Source of the DNA: an uncultured bacterium
GTDB lineage: Bacteria; UBP7; UBA6624
Length of the DNA stretch: 38,796 nucleotides
Assembly: GCA_964012435.1 (NCBI GenBank)
Contig: CAXGSM010000013.1
Span: forward strand, 1-38,796
Direction of reading: 5' to 3'
The notes under the pieces were generated by a model, which made no database searches, was not told where the DNA came from, and saw only the letters and a list, made by a program, of their open reading frames with translations. Position numbers and translations under genes: made by a program. Of the stretch, positions 26,301 through 34,153 are shown in pieces (position 1 is the stretch's first letter; each line of letters opens with the position of its first letter).

Positions 26301-28346
26301 ATTACAGGCCTAATAGCAAAAGACAATGGGGGTTGGGGAATTTACATTAAAGCTGGTCATGATGGCACATGTAATATAGAGCAGCCTTTCCCTGTAATAT
26401 CATCAAGCGGGTTAACAGGAACATTACAGGTCCTTAATAATGGATTGGGTGGAATGAGGCTTGAAAATACTTTAGATTTCTTGGTTGATGGTGTTGAGTT
26501 TAACAACAATGGTTATTATGGAAAAGGCTGGGATGATGGTCATGGTGTTGATTTTGTCATGAAGGCAATAGATAGTTGCCCTGGTGGCTGGAGTGCTAAC
26601 AAAGGTGAAATGTACAACAGCACAATGCAAAACAACACTTGGAGAGGCCTTGCTGTTAGGAATATGCTTAATAACTCAGGTGACCCAAGTCCTGTCCTAA
26701 CTAATAATACAATTTCAGGAAACACTGGTGGAGGTATTTTGGTTTGGCATGCAAGTCCCTCTATTACAAACTCTCAAGTTTCCAACAATTCAGCTTTGGT
26801 TCTTAATAATGAACCCTTGCCAACAGATTGTCCAGAAATTAGCGTACCTGCTGGAAATCCATGTTTAGAGTTCACTCAGGTTGGTCATGGAGTGTATGTT
26901 CATGTCGATAGGCCTGAAAGTATACCTACACCTTTAACTTCTTTCATGAATCCAGCTGATCTGGTTCTTGATGGGAATGATTTAGGAAAGATAAATGCGA
27001 CTCAGCCGGGATTGTCTTCACTTACGCTTACTGACAATAGCCCTTATCAAATGAGGATTCCAATCAATGTTGAGGTAGGCGATTCTGCTGCTAACCCTGC
27101 AAGAGCTGCAAACAACCAATTTATAAAAACTCTCAGTGATGCTGACCCTTGTGATGGAGCTAATGCGCCATGTATAAGAAACGCTGTTGAGATCTATGGT
27201 TGGGTTGTTAATGATTCATTTACGGATGATACAGCCACTGCAACCAGTGATCCAGAGGCAATTGTTACTACGAATACTTATCCCGGACAAGTAAACCCAG
27301 ATGTTCTTTTGGGTGTTTTGAATGGCCAAACTGGCGGAGGAGGCAACACGAATGCTATACCTTACGTAATCACTAATGACATATTAGTTCTTCCTTCAGG
27401 CTCTTATGAAGAGTATGCACAAGGTTTTGGTAGCTTCTCACCTGTTTATTTGCAGATTGATTCAACCATTATTAAATTGAGAGATGAGCCAGAAAATGTT
27501 GACTGGAGTCAAGGTGCAATTGATTTCCATAACCATAATTTGTTTATTGCTGATAACAGTTTTATAACAAGTATCCACGATCCTTTGCTTGGTACCAAGA
27601 TTGATTATCCAAATTCAAATCTTGGCTTATATGACGAGGCAGCAGGTCCTGGGGACTGGGGTTCTGTCCGTTTTTATAATAGATCTCTTGATTTCTGGGA
27701 GTCTTGGTTGAATGTTGATACATTATGTGCAGAAACAGATGTTGTTGTTCCTGCTGGAACACAAGGTGGAGGAACAGGCTATTCGGAAGGTTTTGGCGGC
27801 CCGCTTGATGCGCAGCTTGAACAAAGAGGAGCAGCCACAGGAGCATGTAACCCATTTGGTCCTTGGTTAAGTCATCCAGTAAATCAATATGAGGGAACAA
27901 CTGCAGATGAGGATGAAGATTGTGATCCGATATGTGATTGGTATCCTCAGACTCCTTTTTCAGATAATCCAGGAAGCAGTATCATAAGCAGAATGTGGAA
28001 CACTGTATTGAAATACGGTGGAGAATCTTCAGAAGCAATGGTTTGGATACAGGAATCAAGTCCAATGCTTTTCCAGGTTGGTCTTGAAAGCTCTATATCT
28101 AACGGAATGTATATAGATGCAAATGGCAGTCATAGTTCAAATAATATTAGCTTGCAAGGGGTGCAAGCCTGTTCTTCTCAAGGCTGTCAGATTAGTCCAG
28201 GTGGTGCTGGTTTATTCTTTACAACTTTCCCAAGAATACAGTTAGCTGCTTGGCAGAATAATTTACTTGGTGTTTGTAAAACTGCTGGTGGGGGCGGCCT
28301 TGATGGTTTAGTCGATCAAGCATTTACCATCTGTTCTGCTTTTTAA
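20304..28346 (+). CDS. Giant (2680 aa) lipoprotein with Ig-like domains and repeated right-handed beta-helix modules; probable surface protein/adhesin
   Basis: Signal peptide II with lipobox SAIA-C19; Gly/Ser tether; Ig-like segments (WDT...DGTYQLVAQVTDG; VTSVDFYVDG); six recurring G.W..i.F...(I/L)RY(G/A)G modules; PbH1-like N/G ladders; many Cys and DxDGDG-type motifs. Confidence 0.85.
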   Translation: MNKRFLFLLVIFGFSAIACSGGDDSSGGSSSGNGGGSGGGNNFADVVLTDGPTIATSSSLSPARRYELSATANNAIAYQWCLNSSASVDPGFLMYGNTIGVTNIANCQSYIETPGGNDSVIYWHAPLLSQDVDIKVTAVGEGSGNSQSLEKDFEVGVAISINSLPSPLAGTYSVSGTIEGQRCFGTSACTDVNLAVDSEFFATEQLGSSHKSFVVCDSNQAWDCSATTTTFLVDATQSFDSGSGALIAQFTKGSIVKFRDLDSDPRSSIVKCTKFDFLPSDTECQDPNAPDGLLVLENPLDAIVSDGVDVWNVSRWQSNWDTQVNPTAGDGTYQLVAQVTDGIKSAQDTRTVDINNESSGGGDKQVLVTSPKNNDIIAPVLVNYGPDCIQGTSDDNEPGWLDTQSGQYVTNGFRCVTFSAVVDTSVSNVTSVDFYVDGQVACSDNNGNDADGWSCVAEATYLPSIKVGGSNSFNPIAGSSEVKAYANTAITNFDSDEVDFELLNCGTLISEDLLGDLTWNIADSPYFLNQDFEVKGNLTLDTNNANNDPLRVRLMKPSGTPPIGVDITGSLTTAGSNGVIFEPVTVGNGVPGVDNGYCPGQPQNAPTASAGDWGQLKFSAGSTGFLENLTIRYGGGISDLVSPALEAGLIIQSTGELEDGVDLNNDGDANGSSLVIDGLSIDHSNGTGLIVTGSPLITQPTINSGDLTVSNSTDFGMIMHPAFSGLKDLNNTGSLPAFSGNEDGDSIQIEGGNIPQALSVLLQDCPNIFTNCPNFWGEVRWPAVVGAYVVDGQITVEAGASLRLEGGTVVKFLTTASGISSSGRLAIGDSEGDSVYLTSYNDDFAGVFNVPGGGLVDCSDVNSSGHPICDTNKDGISTGSPGEWGAVKFDIGSFGYVEGTVLRYGGADPSLGVVQVQSTSLREGDQVDCDDIALQVISGDPSNPSSEEDDLKNNCVVIQDNTIMDAGGYGISITGQPNVYPTVRSNIFTSLSTYPVLQVPSYTGISDVQNDRSDPSFCTGANFPGENPGDPCESNDNKFCDWDEATGQCLANAASDSFYGIRMLLGRVTDNELAILKPMDRGNHNGDQTVNAPTPMPYVVDQDMSVEEDIDGDGVSGIFSILPGVLVKLDSSGGGISAAGTICIGSYWDETNEQCVIPTQGDPYYLQDANGDLAEVVFSSISEDDILSEGDTNGDGSSTSAQPGSWRGIEITSTSKKSLINNAAIRYAGSGLGSAVKIDGAFARVQDSVIEHSSGYGLQYRGGASSLLNVTLEDGSVVDDVVRSAVKRNAFFRNQKAPLSIPHFSSLCGRENTTTGVPFLNGCDATGLDQNRIPAPGDSQFSNTVSAVHIHTLDRTCAPGICSEGEIAELTQPVKWSTMCFSLPSGNGWSPDCGTPNGGVNVIDSGNVGRVTPYLIDSHVTVGNGAELILDYGLVAKFDNQVSGITVNGSLTAAGNPTDNINNPDVDASDTPRPGFGDVIFTSYFDDMTDIISCAGGECDTDGSGLSEGSRGDWKGVYFVSNEDASTCPDSYPFNHPVAQNVSNVEPCGRIFGMGIRYAGAGNRGSTKGDILDQGNIVFDAAESVIVSHLISADSAENGIVILDNENFTGSFPIITNSEFNFNSFYPIVADMGIGSDFLLNDPNSGVPSNTYAVNKIPASGTKEYPAFGIRGGQIRNRVVGLDTTWNNNGVSVVDSSGNVEVQPMPYVVTDSIRVGDDSAVDNIDVHMRIEAGVVVKMGDPFIYGESDGVDNREVSMIVDGYLQVDGNSNNPVVWTSISDDCNGNVDSLTFSCDAAFLASFAEAVDTNRDLMSMGPSPSDLSVADESDDNWLRLDGDSDGVYEKSFWGSLALRTRIDADLNNIKVLFGGSNQNASVFGASPTQRAGNLTLQGESAPGAQIRISDAEFAYSGGHGITSFKQGGLMDINLHIKEGSNVHHSYGRGIHMSETPFKITGSAGNETIVEGNGIRCSNSLIGTPLKPGVTDECDGVFIERTQDPTITGLIAKDNGGWGIYIKAGHDGTCNIEQPFPVISSSGLTGTLQVLNNGLGGMRLENTLDFLVDGVEFNNNGYYGKGWDDGHGVDFVMKAIDSCPGGWSANKGEMYNSTMQNNTWRGLAVRNMLNNSGDPSPVLTNNTISGNTGGGILVWHASPSITNSQVSNNSALVLNNEPLPTDCPEISVPAGNPCLEFTQVGHGVYVHVDRPESIPTPLTSFMNPADLVLDGNDLGKINATQPGLSSLTLTDNSPYQMRIPINVEVGDSAANPARAANNQFIKTLSDADPCDGANAPCIRNAVEIYGWVVNDSFTDDTATATSDPEAIVTTNTYPGQVNPDVLLGVLNGQTGGGGNTNAIPYVITNDILVLPSGSYEEYAQGFGSFSPVYLQIDSTIIKLRDEPENVDWSQGAIDFHNHNLFIADNSFITSIHDPLLGTKIDYPNSNLGLYDEAAGPGDWGSVRFYNRSLDFWESWLNVDTLCAETDVVVPAGTQGGGTGYSEGFGGPLDAQLEQRGAATGACNPFGPWLSHPVNQYEGTTADEDEDCDPICDWYPQTPFSDNPGSSIISRMWNTVLKYGGESSEAMVWIQESSPMLFQVGLESSISNGMYIDANGSHSSNNISLQGVQACSSQGCQISPGGAGLFFTTFPRIQLAAWQNNLLGVCKTAGGGGLDGLVDQAFTICSAF

Positions 28347-28348
28347 AA

Positions 28349-28579
28349 TTGAAACATAGTTTTTGTGTGCCTGATCTAGGAAAGGTAGAAGGTGATATTG
28401 TTTTGATTTCATGGCTTGTCAATGATGGAGATCATGTAACTGAAGGTAATGAGATTGTTGAACTCGAGACAAGCAAGGTCACCTTTTCTGTTGAATCAGA
28501 TAAAACAGGCAAAATAAAGCTGTTAAAAGAAAAAGGTTCTCGCATTACTGTTGGAGAAGAAATAGCCATTATTAGTTAA
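28349..28579 (+). CDS. Stand-alone lipoyl-attachment domain protein
   Basis: VPDLG...WLVNDGDHVTEGNEIVELETSKVTFSVES..TGKI resembles 2-oxoacid dehydrogenase E2 lipoyl domains (ETxK lysine); 76 aa; TTG start. Confidence 0.85.
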   Translation: MKHSFCVPDLGKVEGDIVLISWLVNDGDHVTEGNEIVELETSKVTFSVESDKTGKIKLLKEKGSRITVGEEIAIIS

Positions 28580-29815
28580 ATGTATTCTTTAAAAGGTATT
28601 TCAGACTTTATTCCGGATTTGAAAAAGGGAATAGCCAGAAGGCAGGATGATATTGATTTAAATCTTCTTGTTAACCTGGATGAAAAAAGAAAAAAATTAC
28701 AATTGGAATATGACAATACCAAATCTGAATCCAGGAAGTTTGGTCAAAGAATAGCTAAAGCATCGAGCCAGGAAAAAATTTCTCTTATGGAGAAAGTAAA
28801 AAATATTTCAAGTCAAATCAAGGTGTTAAAAAAAGAAATGGATGTCAATAATCAGGATTTAATGAATCAGCTTTTAATGATACCAAACATGCCAGTAAAT
28901 TGGATTCCTGATGGTCTTGAAGGTAAGGTTATTAAAACCTTCAAATCTCCCAAGGAGAAAAAAACACCATTTCATTGGGAGATAGCTGAAGAATTAGACA
29001 TTTTTGATTTCAAGAGTGCTTCTAAGATATCTGGTTCTGGTTGGCCCTTGTTAAAAAAAGAGGGCTCTAAACTCTCAAGAGAGCTTGGCAACCTAATGAT
29101 TGAACATCATATATCCAAAGGTTTTATTGAGGTGAGTCCACCTTTTGTTGTAACTGAAAAAACAATGCTAGGAAGCGGACAGCTTCCAAAGTTTGCTGAT
29201 CAGGCTTATAAAACTGAAGATGGAGATTGGTTGATACCAACTTCAGAAGTTCCTTTGGTTAATTTTTTAGCTTATCAGAATTTAGATATTTCCAATTTGC
29301 CTTTTAGGGTTACGTCTTGGACTTCAAATTTTCGTAGAGAAGCAGGAAGCTATGGCTTAAAAACAAAAGGCTTAATAAGGGTCCATCAATTCGAAAAAGT
29401 AGAAATGGTGAGTGTGGTAAAACCTGAAGATTCAAAAAATGAGCTAGATTTTTTAGTTGAGAACGCAGAAAGTTTATTAGAGCTTTTGGATATCCCCTAT
29501 AGAAGAAGACTGTTAGGTGCTGCTGATCTAGGTTTTTCTTCTTCAGCAACTTATGATTTAGAAATACCAATGCCTTCTGATGGAAGTTGGATGGAGATAT
29601 CTTCAATTAGTATTTGTGATGATTTTCAATCAAGAAGGGCGGGTGTTTTTTGTAAAGATAAGAATAAAAATTTTCATCCATGCTTATTGAATGGTACAGG
29701 TTTAGCAATAGGAAGATTGATAGCTGCTATTTTGGAACATTGCTGGAATGGAAAAGCGGTAGTTTTACCTAAAGTTTTACAAGAAAAATTTAAAAAAGAG
29801 GAGTTAGGTTTATGA
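28580..29815 (+). CDS. serS: Serine--tRNA ligase
   Basis: N-terminal coiled coil, GQLPKF, LIPTSEVPL, motif 2 FRREAGSYG...GLIRVHQFEKVE, EISSIS.CDDFQSRR and motif 3 LNGTGLAIGR. Confidence 0.97.
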   Translation: MYSLKGISDFIPDLKKGIARRQDDIDLNLLVNLDEKRKKLQLEYDNTKSESRKFGQRIAKASSQEKISLMEKVKNISSQIKVLKKEMDVNNQDLMNQLLMIPNMPVNWIPDGLEGKVIKTFKSPKEKKTPFHWEIAEELDIFDFKSASKISGSGWPLLKKEGSKLSRELGNLMIEHHISKGFIEVSPPFVVTEKTMLGSGQLPKFADQAYKTEDGDWLIPTSEVPLVNFLAYQNLDISNLPFRVTSWTSNFRREAGSYGLKTKGLIRVHQFEKVEMVSVVKPEDSKNELDFLVENAESLLELLDIPYRRRLLGAADLGFSSSATYDLEIPMPSDGSWMEISSISICDDFQSRRAGVFCKDKNKNFHPCLLNGTGLAIGRLIAAILEHCWNGKAVVLPKVLQEKFKKEELGL

Positions 29816-30792
29816 ATAGTTTAAAGCTTTTGAATCAAAGTGAAGTAAAGGAAATTTTAACAATGAAGGATGTTCTGCGAGCTGTTGAAGATGCTTTTGG
29901 TTCTTGGGGCAGGGGAGAGGTGCAGATGCCACCAAAATCTTATTTAATATTTGATGAACAAAATGGAGATTTAAGGTCAATGCCTGCGTATCTTCCTGGT
30001 AAGAATGCAGGAGTCAAAATAGTAACCGTACATCCAGAAAACACCTCTAAAGGCCTCCCAACAGTTATGGCATTATGTGTTTTGAATGATCCAAATACAG
30101 GTTTTCCTGTTGCAGTTATGGATGCAGGCTTGTTAACAGCTATTAGAACTGGAGCAGCTGGTGGGGTGGCTTCGAAATGGTTAGCTAAAGAGGGCTCAAG
30201 TGAGATTGGTCTTATTGGGTCAGGTGTTCAGGCCCAATATCAAATAGAAGCTCATTTGGATTTTATGGATATTGATCATATAAAAATATCTGATCCAAAC
30301 AAACAGGCTACAAAAGATTTAAGCGATTGGATTAAAAATAAAGACTCCTCAATAGATATTAGTGTTACTGATATAAGGAATGCTTGTGATTGTGATGTTT
30401 TGATCACTACAACACCAGTAAGAAAACCTGTCGTTATGGACAGCATGATTGTTAGACCTCATACACATATAAATGCAATAGGTGCAGATGCGGAAGGAAA
30501 ACAGGAAATTGAAGGCAATCTTATTAGAAGGTGTAATGTTATTGTTGATGACTGGACTCAAACAAGTCATTCTGGAGAAATAAATGTTCCTTGTCATGAA
30601 GGTTGGTTTAAAAAAGATATGGTTGCTGGAGAGATAGGAACAATAGTTGCAGAATCAGATTCTTCATTTAAGGATGTTCTTACTGTTTTTGATTCAACTG
30701 GTTTAGCTATACAGGATATGGCAACAGCTAATATAGTTTTACAAAAGGCAATAAAAGAAGGAATGGGTATTGATTGGAACCCTTTAAAGTAA
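29812..30792 (+). CDS. Ornithine cyclodeaminase/mu-crystallin family protein, likely archaeal-type alanine dehydrogenase
   Basis: QMPPKSYL...GDLRSMPAY...AGVKIVTVHPEN..KGLPTVMA...PNTGFPVAVMD...RTGAAGG, HINAIGADAEGKQE, HSGEINVP and FDSTGLAIQD. Confidence 0.88.
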   Translation: MNSLKLLNQSEVKEILTMKDVLRAVEDAFGSWGRGEVQMPPKSYLIFDEQNGDLRSMPAYLPGKNAGVKIVTVHPENTSKGLPTVMALCVLNDPNTGFPVAVMDAGLLTAIRTGAAGGVASKWLAKEGSSEIGLIGSGVQAQYQIEAHLDFMDIDHIKISDPNKQATKDLSDWIKNKDSSIDISVTDIRNACDCDVLITTTPVRKPVVMDSMIVRPHTHINAIGADAEGKQEIEGNLIRRCNVIVDDWTQTSHSGEINVPCHEGWFKKDMVAGEIGTIVAESDSSFKDVLTVFDSTGLAIQDMATANIVLQKAIKEGMGIDWNPLK

Positions 30793-31824
30793 TTGTTAAT
30801 TGATTTAAGGTCGGATACTGTTTCTAAGCCAACTAAAGAAATGCTTAAATGCATTTTAGGCGCAAAAGTTGGCGATGATGTTTTTGGCGATGATGATTTA
30901 ACTTCAAGACTACAGCATCAAGCAGCAGAAATGCTTGGAAAAGATGCTGCTCTTTTTGTCCCTTCAGGAACTATGGCCAATCAGATTGCGTTACAAACAC
31001 ATACTCAAACTGGAGATGAGATGATTTTGGAATCAGGTTCACATATCTATATGTATGAAGGTGGGGGGTATGCTTCTTTGGCTGGAGTTTCTGCTAAGCT
31101 GGTTAAAGGCGATCGAGGAATTATGGATCCTGTAGAGGTTGAAAATGCAATAAGGCCACCGGGTGGCTTATCTCATTATCCAAAAACAAAATTGATATGT
31201 GTTGAAAATACGGCAAATGCAGGAGGTGGAACAATTTATCCACTGGATATTTTAGATTCAATTTCAACTCTTGCAAAAGAAAGAAAATTAAAAACTCATT
31301 TAGATGGAGCGCGTGTTTTTAATGCTGCAGTTGCTTCAGAAGTTGATGTAAAAAGAATAGTGAGAGATTTTGATTCTGTCTCTTTTTGCCTATCTAAAGG
31401 TCTAGGTTGTCCAGTAGGGAGTTTGCTATGTGGCAGTTATTCTTTTATCAAGAAAGCTCATAGATTTAGAAAAATGCTTGGCGGTGGAATGAGGCAAACT
31501 GGCCTTTTGGCAGCTGCTGGAATTTTTGCTCTTGATAATAATATTAAAAGATTAGAAGATGATCATGTAAGAGCAAGAAAATTTGCTGCTGCTTTAATTG
31601 ATCTTGGTTATGAAATTTGTTTAGAGTCTGTAGAGACAAATATGGTTTATATTGATATTTCTTTTTTAAATAAAAAAATGGAATTCATTATTGGTTTTTT
31701 AAAGAATAATAATGTTTTAATAGCGCCTTCTTCAGAAAAGCACCTTAGAGCAGTTATGCACTTAGGTGTCAGTGATGAGGGTCTAAAAAAATCTATTGAA
31801 GTTTTTAAGAAATTAAAAATATAG
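30793..31824 (+). CDS. ltaE: Low-specificity L-threonine aldolase (PLP-dependent)
   Basis: IDLRSDTV, VGDDVFGDD, FVPSGTMANQIA, ENTAN.GGG, HLDGARVFNA, CLSKGLGCPVGS (PLP Lys) and RKMLGGGMRQ. Confidence 0.95.
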   Translation: MLIDLRSDTVSKPTKEMLKCILGAKVGDDVFGDDDLTSRLQHQAAEMLGKDAALFVPSGTMANQIALQTHTQTGDEMILESGSHIYMYEGGGYASLAGVSAKLVKGDRGIMDPVEVENAIRPPGGLSHYPKTKLICVENTANAGGGTIYPLDILDSISTLAKERKLKTHLDGARVFNAAVASEVDVKRIVRDFDSVSFCLSKGLGCPVGSLLCGSYSFIKKAHRFRKMLGGGMRQTGLLAAAGIFALDNNIKRLEDDHVRARKFAAALIDLGYEICLESVETNMVYIDISFLNKKMEFIIGFLKNNNVLIAPSSEKHLRAVMHLGVSDEGLKKSIEVFKKLKI

Positions 31825-31825
31825 C

Positions 31826-32863
31826 TTAAAGTGTTTTTTTAATTTCTTTCAGTTTCGGTTTAACTAAACCTTTGTTTCTTTTTTTTATATAACTTACAAA
31901 GAATGCTTTCTTTTCTTTTTTTGTTTTTTCATTGAGTTTTAAGTATTCCAAACATTCTTTAGAACAGCATTTTTCATATTTTTTTTGACAATTTTTACAT
32001 TGGATAAATAACATGTGACATAGGTCATTTGCACAGTTGATATGCTCATCTGACGATTCTTCACATTGGTGGCATTTGCTCAAGATGTCTTTGGTAACCC
32101 TCTCACCTAATCGATGATCGAATACATAATTTTTTCCAATAAATTTAGATGTTTTATTATTATTTTTAACGTAATGAGCATAATTAATTATTCCATTTTT
32201 TAATTGGTATACATTTTTAAAATTATTTTTAATCAGATATGAGCTTGCTTTTTCACACCTTATTCCGCCTGTGCAATACATTAATATTTTGTAATCCTCT
32301 TTGCCTTTTAGTTCTTCTTTAATGGCAGGAAGTATTTCATTTGACCTTCTTACATCAGGACAAAATGCATTTTTGAATTTTCCAATTTCACTTTCATAAT
32401 AGTTTCTAACATCTACAACTATTGTTTTTTTCCCATCAACTTTTTTATGAAAATCTTTTGGTTCCAGATGTTGTCCAACCTCATTCATGTTGTATTCGCT
32501 CTCTTTCACCCCATAAGCAACAATTTGTTTTTTGACCTTTACGGTTAGTTTGAAAAAGGAAATTCCCTCCTCTACGGCATAGTTAAAATTAATATTTTTG
32601 AAAAATGTGTTTTTTTTAATTTTTTGTTCGAATCGTTTTAGATTAATTTCGGGTATGCTGACCTGAGCATTGATTCCTTCTTTTGAAACATAAACTCTAC
32701 CCAGTATATTTAATTTTTGAAATGTACTAAAAATTTCATCTCTTAAATCTGAACGTTTTTTTATTTTTTTGTAAACGTAAAAAGAGCATGTTTTTCTTGC
32801 AAAATTTTCTTTTAAAAGGGTGTGCTGCAGTTCTTCTTTTGATTTTTTGTTGACGAGTTTCAT
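31826..32863 (-). CDS. trhO: Rhodanese-domain tRNA uridine(34) hydroxylase (YceA/TrhO family)
   Basis: SFYVY, LGRVYVSKEGINAQ, DVRNYYESEIGKF, MYCTGGIRCEKAS, GKNYVFDHRL and a Cys-rich C-terminus. Start moved to ATG 32863 (MKLVNKK), 2 nt after the asnS stop. Confidence 0.9.
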   Translation of the reverse strand: MKLVNKKSKEELQHTLLKENFARKTCSFYVYKKIKKRSDLRDEIFSTFQKLNILGRVYVSKEGINAQVSIPEINLKRFEQKIKKNTFFKNINFNYAVEEGISFFKLTVKVKKQIVAYGVKESEYNMNEVGQHLEPKDFHKKVDGKKTIVVDVRNYYESEIGKFKNAFCPDVRRSNEILPAIKEELKGKEDYKILMYCTGGIRCEKASSYLIKNNFKNVYQLKNGIINYAHYVKNNNKTSKFIGKNYVFDHRLGERVTKDILSKCHQCEESSDEHINCANDLCHMLFIQCKNCQKKYEKCCSKECLEYLKLNEKTKKEKKAFFVSYIKKRNKGLVKPKLKEIKKTL

Positions 32864-32865
32864 TT

Positions 32866-34152
32866 CTATGGGGAGATTCTGTCTATCGTTCTTGGGAAAG
32901 GGATAGTTGCTCTTACATGATGAATACCAGTGACCCATCTAACCATTCTTTCCAAGCCCATTCCGAACCCTGCTGTTTGAACTCCTCCATACTTTCTTAA
33001 ATCATGATACCAGGAAAAAATTTCTGGATCCAATCCTTCTTCTTTTATTTTTTCTAACAGAAGGGTTGGATCAGCTATCCTTACAGCACCTCCTGTGATC
33101 TCCCCTCCACCTTCTGGAGCTAAAAGGTCCACTGAAAGAGTCAATCTTTTATCTTCTGAATCTATAGCCATATAAAAAGCTTTACATGCTGAAGGAAAGT
33201 TTGTTATAAAGAATGGGTGATTTACATGTTCAGCCAAGGCTTCTTCATGCTCTGATCCAAAATCTGAGCCAAACTCTACTTTGAAATTCAGTTTTTCAAG
33301 AATTTTCAAAGCTTCAATATAGTGGATTCTTGGGAAAGGTGTTTTTATTTCTTCAAGTTTAGAGGTATCTCTTTCAAGAGTCTTTAGATCTTCTGAATTT
33401 TTTTCTAGTACTTTTTTAACCAAGGATACAAATAGATTTTCCTGGAGTTCTAGCAATCCATTTAAATCCAGTCCAACTGCTTCCGGTTCAAGCATCCAAA
33501 ATTCTGTTAAGTGTTTTCTAGTTTTGCTTTTTTCTGCTCTGAAAGTAGGACCAAAGCAATAAACTTTACCCAATGCCAATGCAGTTGCTTCGTTGTAAAG
33601 TTGTCCACTTTGAGAAAGGTAGGCTTCTTGTTCGAAATATTCAAGATTAAAAAGAGTTGTTGTTCCTTCACACGCATTCGGGGTCAATATTGGAGAGTCA
33701 ACACGATAATACCCTTGAGAATCTAACCAATTTTGAGCTTCAACCTCAAGAGTTGACCTTATTCTAAGTACAGCAGCTTGCTTAGGGGTTCTTATCCAAA
33801 GATGCCTATTCTCTAACAAGAATGCTGCAGAATGTTCTTTTGGCTGTATTGGGTATTCGTTTGAGCTTTTGTTTAAAACTGTTAACTCTTGAGCCTGAAG
33901 TTCGATTCCATTTTTCGATCTTGCATCTTTTTTTATCAATGCTTGGACTGTTATTGCAGATTCAATGGATAGATCATCAACATGCTCAAAACCTTCTGTT
34001 GATTTTTTTACAACAACTTGGACCTCGCCTGTTCCATCTCTAGCAGATATAAAAGATATTTTGCCCATATTTCTTATGGTTTGAACCCATAAAATCAAAG
34101 AGACGCTTTCTCCATCTTTCATTGTTTTTAGATTATTGATTGTCGGCATCAT
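32866..34152 (-). CDS. asnS: Asparagine--tRNA ligase
   Basis: OB fold (RDGTGEVQ), ENRHLWIR, ACEGTTTLF, YLSQSGQLYNEA, FGPTFRAEKSKTRKHLTEFWMLEPE, WYHDLRKYG and GFGMGLER. Confidence 0.93.
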   Translation of the reverse strand: MMPTINNLKTMKDGESVSLILWVQTIRNMGKISFISARDGTGEVQVVVKKSTEGFEHVDDLSIESAITVQALIKKDARSKNGIELQAQELTVLNKSSNEYPIQPKEHSAAFLLENRHLWIRTPKQAAVLRIRSTLEVEAQNWLDSQGYYRVDSPILTPNACEGTTTLFNLEYFEQEAYLSQSGQLYNEATALALGKVYCFGPTFRAEKSKTRKHLTEFWMLEPEAVGLDLNGLLELQENLFVSLVKKVLEKNSEDLKTLERDTSKLEEIKTPFPRIHYIEALKILEKLNFKVEFGSDFGSEHEEALAEHVNHPFFITNFPSACKAFYMAIDSEDKRLTLSVDLLAPEGGGEITGGAVRIADPTLLLEKIKEEGLDPEIFSWYHDLRKYGGVQTAGFGMGLERMVRWVTGIHHVRATIPFPRTIDRISP

Positions 34153-34153
34153 G

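Noticed and set aside
32864..32938. Longer N-terminus of trhO overlapping asnS by 73 nt
   Set aside because: The extension is an alternative frame of the conserved asnS C-terminus; ATG 32863 abuts the asnS stop like other junctions in the window.
32866..34152. Non-discriminating archaeal-type AspRS instead of AsnRS
   Set aside because: YLSQSGQLY and HLTEFWMLEPE are AsnRS-type; that AspRS type has QSPQLYKQ and HLNE.
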